DNA of 64,000 nt from Hormiphora californensis. Taxonomy: Eukaryota; Animalia; Ctenophora. Below are positions 48,383 through 60,682 of this stretch, piece after piece. The translations under genes and the position numbers were made by a program. The notes below the pieces were generated by a model that ran no database searches, was not told the origin of the DNA, and saw only the letters and a list, made by a program, of their open reading frames with translations. Where the stretch lies: the NCBI GenBank assembly GCA_020137815.1, contig CM035351.1, positions 806,001 to 870,000 on the forward strand, given 5' to 3'. Position 1 is the first letter of the stretch; each line of letters opens with the position of its first letter.

Positions 48383-51300
48383 TCAAGGTGGAGGGGACAT
48401 ATCACTCTCTATCAGTTCTTCATCATCTATACAACTATCCTCATTGGACGAATACACAGGACTCGGCGAGTGGGTGGATAAAGAAGCACCCTTCTTCAGC
48501 CCGGGCCGCTGTTTCTTCCCTGAACCCGGTACAGTTTGGGATGCCGGGGAGGGCGCCGTGATCCGTTGTAGGGTCTGGTCGAACAGGTCCTCGTACCGGT
48601 TTGGCGGGGCGGTGTTGTTCTTGTGGGGTGATGGTTTCTTTTGTTTGTACCGGGGTGCTCTCCCCCGGACACTTCCAGGCTTGCTGGGTCCACCGTCGCT
48701 GTCGATTGAGGTGGAGAATTGGGGTGGGAGGGACCGGAAGGAGGGGTGATCTGACCGGGGAGGGGGAGGGTTGTGGTAGGATGGGTCCATGGCGTATGGG
48801 TTCTGTCGGGGATCGTTCAAACTCAGGTCTCTCGAGCTACCCTGGTTGTTGTAACCATTCGCCTTGAAGTCTTGTACTTGGGGTACCTGGTTGAGGAGAA
48901 TGGGAATTAGTATTATATCTTGGGGTACCTGGGAAATGCAGGTGTTTTGTTGGTGTTGAACTCAACCTATATGGCGGCGCCCGGGGCCCACCCAATCTGA
49001 GCGCAATGTCAAAACAGCAGATATTATTAGATTGATTTGTCAATATAAGATAATTTCAAATTGCCCTGTTCTAATTAGAAAACGGTAGCAGGAAGGTGTG
49101 GTTAATCAGCTGTTTCTTACCACAATAACATTATCCTTATTTAGCAAAGGTGTCCGGGATTTATCTGTTGACTTTATCTGAAACAATACACCCAATTAGA
49201 GACTTGCCTAGCTAGACTACAATTGTAAAGGAGGGTTAGAACATAACAATTAGAGACAAGATACATGTTCTGCAAGCAATCTAGATGACATGGCCCAACA
49301 AGGAAACATTGAACTTTGAATTCGAGAAAATAAGTTGAAATATATTCTAAATAGGAACTTACTCTGCAAGGAGCGGGAGGTGGCGCCACATTGCTAGGCA
49401 GATACTGGAAGGATAGGGAATCAGACTTATTCGATCGGTTCGTCTCTCCTGGTTTATACTCCAAGAGCTGTTGTTTAGATGCTCTCTCGCTGTCCGAACA
49501 ACGACTAGATTTGTTCTTGAGAGTGTCATAGTCCGGTCTCTTCCAAATGTAGATCAGCCGGTACTTGAGTGCGTCGCAGAATCCCTGAAGGATTAGTGTG
49601 ATTTTAAGCCGGCTGGTATATATATCAGGCTTGGGAGAATGGGAGGGAGATAAAAACTTGGCTAGTTAGATACTGAACAATTTGAATTATCGAACCCCTC
49701 AGAATCCTCACAGAACTCTGTGAACCACACAATGAACTTGTTGAGTAACAACTCGACAACAATGAACAATGAACAATGAACATACCGTTTTGAATCGCTT
49801 CATATCCATGACACTCTCAAACAATACCTCCCCTATCAGGATTCCCCCGGAGATTGCGAATTACTACAAAGAAAGTGTAACAAAGTCCGTAAATGTTCGC
49901 CAGATTCAGGGAGGAGGAGGTCGAGGTGGAGGCCTTGGCGGCACAGTCTCCCTTACTCCATCTCTTCCACAACTGATCCAGCTCGTTAGTCCCGGAGAGA
50001 TTCAGGAGGGCCGTGTTAAATGTCTCTAGATAGTAGGATTGGGGCGGAAATGCAAAGGCGTACCTGGATTCATAATATCAAGTTAGTTGTGTGTCATTTG
50101 GATTGGAGCTTAGGACTTTCAATCTAATTTAGTTTTGGAAGTGGAGAAGAGTTTTAATATCAATGTCTCCCCCTCTTTGCAGTTCAGTGCAGGAAACTAA
50201 CCCAAAGGAAAAGAGTTGTTCTCCGATAATCTGGAGATTACAAGGTTGGGAATTAGCCTCGAATGCAACAATAGCACCCCCGTAAAAGAAGATGTATTCC
50301 TCCTCCCTGGCCCTTCTGAATCCTTCCTGGACATGGTCTACCCGCTCCTGAGGGAAATGTAGGTTAGTTGCTTTTTTGTTTGTCTGTTCGTTTAGTTTGT
50401 TTGTTTAGTTTGTTTGTAATTTGTTCAGCTTGTTTGTTTGTTTGTCTGTTTGTAGAACACATACCATTCGCTGGTACACCATGGCAAGTTCAGGTGAACT
50501 GGCAGACCCCAACATGATCTCTGCATTTGTTCCCGCCACTGTCCCCCATTTCACAGTGTTCTGGTTCACTAGCTCGGTGATTGAGCTGATGCCGCTCTCC
50601 ATTCGTGTGACTGTCAGAAAGGCAGCCAAGTTAGCTGTGTACATTGCCGTTACAATCAGAATCATGAACCACCACATCGCTAGGATCACCCGGCCGGACA
50701 TGTTTCGAGGCACGCCCTCGACGGGTCCAATACTAAACAGACAGGCAGCTATCATCCACAGCGAGTTTCCGATATTCATAAGCTCTGAAAATAACACGTT
50801 TGTGAAAATTTGATTTCAATTTGACACCTCTAATGTGTCGGTATTTAGGTGCCGGCTCGCTACGCCTTCATTCCAGTTGTCTTGGTTTCTTCTCTTTCTC
50901 AGAGTGTATGAAAGTAGTATCAGAGAGTAGTTTTCAGGAACCGACCGAATCAGAAAATACTGGTCCCTGATTGGCTGACAACCAGTCACGTGACCTAAAT
51001 AACGAGTTCTGATTGGTTGTTTACTTGTTTCGGTCGGTTCCTGGTAGTTTTACTACTTGTTGTCTTGGTTTATACCTTCGTTATTCTCGCTGGGATCCGC
51101 TAACCGACTCTCAAACAGACATTCCTCCTCCCCATCCGAGCCCTCTCCGCTTGCTTCCTTGTTGCACCGGAACGCCTCACATGACTTACAGGAACACCGG
51201 AGAGCCGCGTGCATCCGCCGTCCGTAGAACCCAAACGGGGACATGTGATCATACAACCAGATGAGCAGAACCATTAACAATGCGAAGGCAAGGATTGCGT

Positions 51301-54300
51301 ACCTGAAAATTTGGTGTTATGATCCTATGCAAATTCAATTTGGAAGGCAAAATTTGGTTTATTTCGACCTACCATAAATCCAAGTCGAATGGTTTTGTCC
51401 AGAAGAATGGATCTCCCTTCGATTCTTTAATCTTAGTGGTCATCACCAGACCCGTATTGATAAAGGGCATGGAGAAATCAATGGCAGACTCTCTCGCTTT
51501 GTTCATTGCAAAGTTCATGGTCGCCACGTCTATTTTCTAGAATAGGATGATTATTGTTAGTGGTTTGGCACATCAGTTTCACAGTTGATGGAATTGTTAT
51601 GTTCTGTTTATATGAAAACGGTTGCCATGGTAACTAACATTGTCGAGTAGCATCTTGATGAGACCGTTCCAGCTTCCATTAGCAGTGGGTGATCCAAACT
51701 TGCCATCTTCTGACAACACGTACTCGTACTCGAATTTTAGCTGCTGAGCCAGCATTTCTACCAATTCTGAAGGAGTAAATATATTGGTTATATCACAAAG
51801 TAATTCAAGTTTACTTATTGGTTGCAAAGTTATCACCAAATCGGTTTAATTCAGGTCGCAAAGTTATTATTTCAATAGATTCACACTGCATACCTGCACA
51901 GAGTCCGGTGTAACATTCCTTTGTTCCTTTCCCTTTCTCTGCAATGCACTCTTCATCTATCATCATGAAGGGAGACTCATTGGCAATACCCAGCCTCAGT
52001 TTAGTTCCCTTTAATGTTCGTAGTGTACTGGTAGGCCTCTTCTTGCTGTTTCCATTCCATACAATATTCTCTGAGGCGTTCATTTGCAGCCCAAAGTTTG
52101 GCCTCCACTGACCCACCTGGTGAGAGAGAAAGGTTCATAGTGATCCACCTGGTGAGGTTGTTGGTGATGAGCCTGGTCAGTGTGATGATCTCCAAGAAGA
52201 GGTGGAGTAAACCCCTCATTCTCTTCTTGGAGCTGTGACACCGTCCCATGTGTTTCAACTCTTTAGCAGGTCCCATTGTGTCTCATTTATAGAGTGTTAT
52301 ACCGTGCCACTTTTGTCCTCCTTTCTGTTCATTGGCAATTTCCAATAACGCCAGTGGACATTATATGCACCGGAAAGACAAAAGCACACACCGTGAGCTA
52401 TTATAGGTATTTTAGTACTACAACAAAGAGAGTACTGAAAAGAGTACTGAAAAGAGTACTGAAAAGAGTAATAGAAAGAGTAATAAAGAGAGTACTGAAA
52501 AGAAACAAACACATAATAAGTTGAGGGGGTCATTGTTAATAGGACACTAAGGGGGCCATCGCAACATGGCCTTCTCCTTTAAGTGCATTGTTTAGAGAAG
52601 AAGAAGAAGAGGTAAGAAGGAAGTATATGAACACATGTTCAGTACTTACTCGGACGATCTCTGAGTTTCTAAAGTTCACCAGATCATACACTTTCTTCTT
52701 TGGTCCACCCGTGGTTCTATCAAACCGAATCTTACCCGTCAACCCCTCGAAGTCTGTCCCCTGAAAAATGTACATCTAAGTTGTGGCATCTTGTGGCACT
52801 CAGACATGTGTGTAACTGTAACACCAAGACAGACAGGTGTTTTGCCAACACATTGGCGCCAGTAAAACGCTCTTTAGTGTGAAAACATAGCTGCGTGAAA
52901 AGGATAATAGCTAGTAGGTACTATAATATGTGGCTAATTTGAGGGGCCTGTCTATATGAATGCGCTTCCGGGAGAGATTTAGCTGAACAGTGCAGCGGTA
53001 GAAAATATGTTGGAGTAAATTATGAATTATATGTAGCAGGTATGGGAGCGACTTCTTCTCACACTTTGTGTGGTAGAAGAGGTCGGTATAATAGAAGCTT
53101 CTATTTGGTCACGCCGGGATCAGTAAATGTGAATGGAATGAACCGACCGAAACAAGTAAACAACCAATCAGAACTCGTTATTTCGGTCACGTGACTGGTT
53201 ATCAACCAATCAGGGACTAGTATTTCCTGATTCGGTCGGTTCCTGATGTGAATGGAATGATAAATGGTGTTTGCGTTTCAAGATTTATGCAGGGAATATT
53301 TGGAATCATTCCTTTCACTGTAATTCTACAAAAGCTGAAAACGAGGTCTCTAATTATGGAATCGATTGCAGTTCTAGTAGGGGCAGGAACCGACCAAATC
53401 AGGAAATACTGGTCCCTGATTGGCTGATATCCAGTCCCGTGACCTAAATAACGAGTTCTAATTCGCTGTGTCCATCAGTTCTGGGAGGGGTAACTCACAT
53501 CGAGAATGTAGTCGAGGAACATTTTCCCTGCTGTGTAGGAGAGGACTGGGGTGGACCAGAAGTCGACATTCGGTTGTCTCATTGGTTGATTGTCGGTGTA
53601 GATTATCCTATGGAGGGCATTACCAAATACCCACACGCTGTCGTAGGTCAAACTGGCTCTACTCTGAGGGAGAGAGAGGAAACATTTGATCATCTAGCTC
53701 GTAATGATTGTATCCTCCCCTGTCCCCTCTACTGTAATTGTAAGGAATTTGAAGAGTGACACAGAAAGAGAACTCAAAAGACAAACACCCACTGAACTCT
53801 GAAGTGCAAACAGACACAAACACAAACAGACACACAAACAGATCCACGTATCATGTACGTGATATGATCATGTGTAAGGAAGTATAGGGAAGAAAATAGA
53901 AAATACTGGGTTTGACCGGGAATTGAATCATGGACAGAGACATGCTCGAAGCTATATCACTAAAAGATGTCTTACCTGAAGCTGCATTGATGCAGAGTTG
54001 GCTCCCCAGCTCGCCCGTGCCCAGGATCCATCACTAACCACTGAAACATCTTCAGTGCAGGCGTAAGGAATGGTAATGAAATTACCCCTCAGCGCGAGCT
54101 ATAATACAGCGTAATAAGGGTGACTTTGTAACCAATAAATGGGTCACTTCGTAAGGAATGGTAATGAAATTACCCCTCCGAGCGTAATATAAATGCTTGG
54201 TAACGAAGTTACCACTCCATTTCCAGCGCACTTTCTTGGCGTAAGGGATGGCTTACATTTGGGCACCCCCTCTGTGTTCACGCATAAAGTTCGCACACCC

Positions 54301-57300
54301 TTTGGGTGGGGGCTGCTACACAGGCTTACCCATAGCTTCCTAATTGTTTCTAACTCTTTCTGCCGCATTGTGCAGCGCGATATACAGAATTTCAGAAATA
54401 ATATTCCGGCGATTTTCCGGTCTCTATGTAAAATTTACAGTTTACATTATCGTGATTATGAAATGTGGGAAATCGATTTACATTATATTCTTGAGAGCTA
54501 TGAAAATCAGTGATCTTACGGCCTACTACTACGGAATTGAACCGAATAATATTTGCAGAATCATATCTAGGATGCTTCATTAAAGATCTAATGGGGTTAC
54601 ACCCAGTAAGAATCACAGATCCCTGAAATCACTAAAATACCAAGAAGAAAAAGGAAAATAACTGATGGAATATGCCAAAGGATAAACCGAGAACGCACAA
54701 GTTCCAAAAAAACGAAAGAAAACGAAAGATTCTTTACCTCCTTTAGCATCTTTGTGCCACTTGTTCAGAAGTCCTGACTGGCTTGTGAGCAGCAAACACT
54801 GGACATGAACCCAATGAGTCCCTGAGTGTACCCTTCAAATCGTTTCGTCGTACTGTTCAATAGATGCTTCCTGTATCAAGGATGGGAGGGAGGGTTAAAA
54901 TACCTATGATATCACTACAGCAGACTGCCCCTTTTTAGCGGAAATTCAATGATATACGGCCCTAATCTGTTGCTACAGACTGCGGCCTGCATTCCTGCTG
55001 AAATGACTATAATGTCGACAGTGTCAAAGAGAATGCAGAACAATCACTCTTTTTAGCTCATTTCTAGAACAGGAAAAAGCTAGTAACGGGTGACAACTAA
55101 AAATCTGGACAATTTTCTGTGAGCTCTAGCGCCGGCCCCGCTTGAGATACATCTTCAGGCCTGAGCAAGAACGATTTTTCAGACAATTTTGAATCAGAAT
55201 AACACAACGGAAAAAACTAAAAAGTTCATTTTCATTGCGTTATCGCATAATTTCCTCTTGACCCACCAAAGCATGTGTACGGAGATTTGAAATTTCTGTG
55301 TGATCAGAAACGACCTTCCCGATGAGATAAAATTCTCAAATTTGAAATAATGGTTGTTCATGCCATAACCAACATAACTGCCAAGTTTCAACATTTTAGC
55401 TTATCGGGAAGCTGGTTTTCCACGTCATAAATGTTTCGAGAGATCGTCAAAATGGCGATTTCTCAAATTACCTGTAAACTACGCTTCGAAGGGTTTGCTA
55501 CAGATGATTCTGTGATTAGAATTGAGATTATCGGAGTGTGAAACAAAGTTAATTTCGTTCAAAATCGTCTGAAAAATCATTCTATCGCTGCCCCGAAGCT
55601 GTATCTCAAAAAGAACAGGCGCTAGAGGTGCTAGAAAAGTGTGTATATTTCAAGTACTACATGCTTTGGTAGGTCAAGAGGAAATGATGCGATATCGCAA
55701 TGAAAATGAACTTTTTAGTTTTTCCCGTTGTGTTATTCTGATTCAAAATTGTCTGAAAAATCGTTCTATCTCAGGCCTGAAGCTGTATCTCAAGCGGGGC
55801 CGGCGCTAGAGCTCACAGAAAATTGTCCAGATTTTTAGTTGTCACCCGTTATACGAACAATCTCGAGTCTGCCTGACGAGCCAGGAAAGTGGTCACTCTC
55901 CCCGCTCAGCTTCTTATATCGCATACTTTGACAGAACTTACAGCATCTTTGACGGTAGCGTCGGTAACAATCCAAGCGTAATCAGGTCCCACGATGCCCA
56001 TCTCCTGTGCGGTCTTGAGGATGGGGGCCGCGTACCCACTGTGAACATTCATAATGATGATCCTCGCCTCACTTCTCTTCAAATTCAACACTTGGGAGCT
56101 GTAAAGATGGAGTGTTTATTAGCCAGGACTAGTGTGGTACGCACAACGTAAAAGTCTTGCGTGCAGTATCAGTGTCCCCTACCATATAGCTAGCTTAAAA
56201 TATTCTGATGCTTTCAAGGACCCCATTTCAATGATATGTCATCCAGAGACTGCAGATCCATTATAGACCATATAATATGTATTACCTGACATCAGATCCA
56301 TTATTTCTTTATTCCTACCTGACATCAATTGACTCGAGCTCCTCAGTTAGAGGTATCATCTCGTTTGCGGCAATCTTGATTTTCATCTCGTTGGAGAGCT
56401 TCTGGAAGGTTGCCAGGCCATTGATTCCTGAAAACGTGCCATTGAAGTATTTGATGAAGGAGCAACACCGTTGCCCCTCGCAACTGAGCGTGTTACAGCC
56501 GGTTTTGTGACCGTGACACCTCACTAGTATGTAAAATTGTCCTTCTGGAAGGTTGCCAGACCATTGATTCCTGCAATTTAGCAATTATATACCCAATATA
56601 ATATGCTGTTCGCTCTTGGCCTCGAGTGAACTGCTCTTAATTATCCACACACCCAGGTCAATAAGAAATATATTCTCTCTCCTGTGCGTATATATACGTT
56701 ACACACACATATGATGCCTACTAAATTTATACACACACGTACAGGACAAGCTCGTGTCGTATATAGCATCTCCTAGCTGCCTTATAGTACAGTACACATG
56801 GCACGGACACGGGTAATCTGTTTTATTTTAAACAGGTTATACCGTGTGTGCGTGTATTTCGCCAAGGCGGAACTAACCATAACTGTCCATAGAGCTGACC
56901 AGAGCGACACTACTCCAATCCATGGATTTAGCCAGGTCCAGGAGGGCCTTACTCTGGAACTCGTCCAGGGGCTGCATGTGGATCATGAATTCCGACCATT
57001 CAGGGTTGCGTAGAAAGGGGTCTGAAAGAAAACCTTGTAATGAGCAATTAGTTGGAAGAAAGCAAAGTTTTCGGTTAAAAAGTTGAGGCAAAATCAGTAT
57101 GAGAAAAAAAATCATCGAATCAAATAACCAATTTTATAGTTCGCCCTGATTCCAGGTTAATTGCCCTATTATAACTCTGATTCACCCACGGCAATCACTA
57201 TAGCGGTGCTATAACAGTATCACTATAAAGTTATTGACCCTCGTTTGTATGATCCACGAAAGAAGGGGTTCACGCCCATGGCAACTGCTCAGATCAAATC

Positions 57301-58189
57301 AATGAATCTGATGATTGTTACCAGGAACCGACCGAATCAGGAAATAATGGTCCCTGATTGGCTGATAACCAGTCACGTGACCTAAATAACGAGTTCTGAT
57401 TGGTTGTTTACTTGTGTCGACCAGTTCCTGATTGTTACCTGTTGCGGAAGGTGTTATCATTGGTATCCTCAGCTCATTTAGGATGTAACTGGCCAACTGG
57501 GATCTGGAGGATCGATATGGACCAACAATTCCCGATACGCCTCGGTTCACCAAGTCCAAAACTGATGATGGAATGTAAAAAATGAATAGATGATGGAATG
57601 TATAATCGAACGAAGTGGTCCATCGGCAGACCAGTACTAATAATCACTAACGATAAGGTTTACAATCTGTGCAACATTGGATACAATTTCTCAATGATTT
57701 ATCAACATGATGATGGACCTACTAACCTATTAACATATGTTACCATGGTAACTAAGAATGCAATGATGTTGGACCTACCAGCACGTATGATTTTGCTTGG
57801 TGAGCTCTCTGGTGGCCCAAAATCAACGATCACTCCGACAAGTTTAGTTTGGGGAAGAACCGTCTTATTTTCGTTAATTACATCAATGGCGTATCTAAAG
57901 GCTTCCTCCTCGTTGACAAGCGACGAATGTTTCAAAAATCCTGCAAGAGGGGCTCTTCAGTTACTCCTATACGTTGACATAGCAGGAAGTGTCGTTAGCT
58001 GAGTATATGTTACCATGGTAACTGAGTCGAGCATGTGATACCATGACAACTGAGTCGAGAATGTGCTACCATGGTAACTGAAGGACACGTACCAATTTTA
58101 ATTTCAGTAGGCCGGCTCCCAAACTGTCCGGAGACGGGGTTACCAAGCAAAACAAGAAGGATAAGGCAACATTTCAATGACGACATCAT
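48383..58189 (-). CDS. Ionotropic glutamate receptor family subunit (Epsilon-like), complete multi-exon gene
   Basis: Signal peptide; ATD ([26 protein letters not shown]); S1 ([26 protein letters not shown]); Cys-rich M1-M2 loop; [11 protein letters not shown]; S2 C..C; Pro-rich tail. Alternative in-frame ATG at 58237. Confidence 0.95.
50935..51043. mobile_element. hAT-like MITE, full length
   Basis: TIR CAGGAACCGACCGAA; TSD GTAGTTTT at 50927-50934 and 51044-51051. Confidence 0.92.
53140..53245. mobile_element. hAT-like MITE, left terminus clipped
   Basis: Same core; flanked by a ~14-bp direct repeat ATGTGAATGGAATG. Confidence 0.88.
53384..53463. mobile_element. hAT-like MITE, partial
   Basis: CAGGAACCGACCAAATCAGGAAATACTGGTCCCTGATTGG... 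Confidence 0.8.
55086..55849. mobile_element. Tc1/mariner-type non-autonomous element with ~190-bp TIRs and TA TSD in an iGluR intron
   Basis: TA|ACGGGTGACAACTAAAAATCTGG ... CCAGATTTTTAGTTGTCACCCGT|TA; no transposase ORF. Confidence 0.85.
57322..57430. mobile_element. hAT-like MITE whose TSD is the splice donor
   Basis: TSD ATTGTTAC (minus strand GTAACAAT) at 57314-57321 and 57431-57438. Confidence 0.92.
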
Positions 58190-58361
58190 CAGGGTTGTGT
58201 TGTTGTTGGATGGGCAGGCTACTGGGTGCAGCCCCATCTTGTAAAGTGGAAGCTAGGCTAAGGCTGAAAGACGGAAATAAGCGTTGAGGGACGCATTGTT
58301 CCGCAAAGAAAGGAGCGTACAAGATGCGCCAGCAAGAAAGAGAATATAGCTATGTCATTGC

Positions 58362-58455
<94 letters not shown>

Positions 58456-59353
58456 AAATAACAATATATCTCTCTCTTTCCCTCCTCTTCCTTTCTCTCT
58501 AACACGCTCCAAAAAGCTGACTCTCCTATCCAAAAATTTTTTCCCCCCCACACCCCCTTTTTCCCCTTTTCCCCCCCCCCCTCCTTAAAAAACCCCGATC
58601 TTAAAAATTTCTCCCCCCTCTACCCCCCCATTTTCCCCCATCCAAATTTTCCCCTCATTTTTTCCTCCCCCCCTTCCCCCCCCCTTCGCCCCTCCCCTCT
58701 TCTCTCTCTCTCTCTCTCTTGGGAAGTGCCGGCCTTGGCAACTTAATTTTTGGTCATTTTCGGGTATGCGAGCCAATCAGAATTTCAAAATCTAGACCTC
58801 TGATTGGCCCGTGCACCCAAAAATGAAAGTACATATGTACCAAACCCGGCACTTCCCGATGAGATAGAAAGCTAATTCCGGTTGCGGGTTGCGTTGGATT
58901 CGTTTAAAAAAACTGATTCAGAAAAGCTCTGTGCCTTAGGCAGCGGATTACGGGGCCCCGAAAAGAAACGTAATGCGCAGATCATCATCAATCTTTCGGG
59001 CAGTCTATTCGGGCAGTCTATAGCTATTCGGGCTCTCCTTTCGAGCCCCGTAATTTCCCCGTGACTCGGGCACGGTCAACCCCCTACTCTTCTTCCCTCT
59101 CCCCTCTCTCTTCCTTCTCTCTTCTCCCTCTCTCACACATCAATCATCTTTAAAATCCTAAAACAAGCAAATTTCTAGTTTGTATATGAAGTGCAAACTG
59201 AAGGGGGCAAGTATGAAAGGGGCCAATCCCAATTTTTGACAATGGGATTTACTGAGAGAGAGGGAAGTGAGGGGAGGAAGAAAAGGGGAGAGAAAAGAAA
59301 AGAGTGAGGGGGGAAGGAGAGGAGAGAGAGGAGAAGAGAGAGTGGAAGGGGGG

Positions 59354-59387
<34 letters not shown>

Positions 59388-60682
59388 GAGAGCTGAGGGG
59401 AGAAAAAGTTTAGAAAAAAAAAGACGTGGCGACAGGGGGTGATGGGGCCTTTGCTGAACAGTCTCTCCCCCAATGTTCAAAGGGGTCGTTTTGACAAAAT
59501 TTAGGTCACACGCGGAAAAAAATACCTAAATTATAGGGGGTTAGGCCTTCCCGACGATTTTGTGGGGAATTTGTTTAACACATCGAAAATTAAAAAAACC
59601 CAAAAAAAAAGAAAAGATGAGATAGAAGGACGCCAACAGAGTTCTTTTTTTTCGGACATGTTTTTCCCCCCCTCAATTCCCCCTTTTCCCCCCTCTTTCC
59701 CCCTTTCCCCCTTTTTTCTCTCTTTTCCCCCTTTTTCCCCTCTCCAAAACAAAGTTATACACTGAACGGTGCAAGGCGCAAGCAGTTGACGGCATTGGGA
59801 CGGAAACGTCCTGCTACCGCGGTAGCACAATACATAGTTTACTAGTAAGAGAAGAAAATATGGGCTGCGAGAGACAAGGAAGAGGGACCTCTGAGTAAGA
59901 GATGGAGAGAGAGAGATAGATTAGTGGTGTGTGCAGTTAACCGTAGCGAAGGAAAACCCATGGTGAGCGAATTATCACATCTGAACATAAACGGACCGGC
60001 GAACGGCGACACAAAGAGAGACAAAAGAGAGAAAGATAGAAAAAGATGGAGAGACAGCATCTTTTAGTGTAGACGATATATACGTCCAATTTTCCCATGG
60101 TCCTGTTCTCTAGAAGCTGTTTTTACTGTCCACCGAAGACGAATTGTATATTTTTTCAATTGAATGCAACAAAAAAAGCGGCGAATTCTAAAAAAGGTAA
60201 CATCACGAACGAATATACACATGGGATATATCATATATCGAGTTAGAAACACAGCTATCTCTCACTGCACTCAATCGAGAAGAGATCAGAGTGAAAGTAT
60301 AAAATCTCTTCCTATCTTCGCGGCCGGAGCTGAGCCTCATTATAATAGCTCGAGATTCGTTTTGTTGGACATAGCTTCTATCCCGTGTCTCATGGCTCCA
60401 ATCACGACGGAGCCCCCCAAATAAATACTGCATAAAATTTTAGGTGGAGTTAGAGGAGGAGGAGGATGAACGATTAGAGCTGGTCGGATTCCACACATAT
60501 TGTTTATTCTGGAGAGCGTGGGGATAGATTGATCTCCTCATTATAATCTGGCTGTCTGCATGTAGATATATATATTTGTCTGTCATAGAGCACCCCATAT
60601 CCATCCCATGTCTCCCTTCATTCTGTTTGTTTGTACAATATATTCCCGGGGGCGTGTCTCATGGCTCCCCCTACTACTGGGG

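Noticed and set aside
58540-59830. G-quadruplex or purine-rich regulatory region upstream of iGluR
   Set aside because: Homopolymer-inflated low-complexity sequence typical of poor consensus quality
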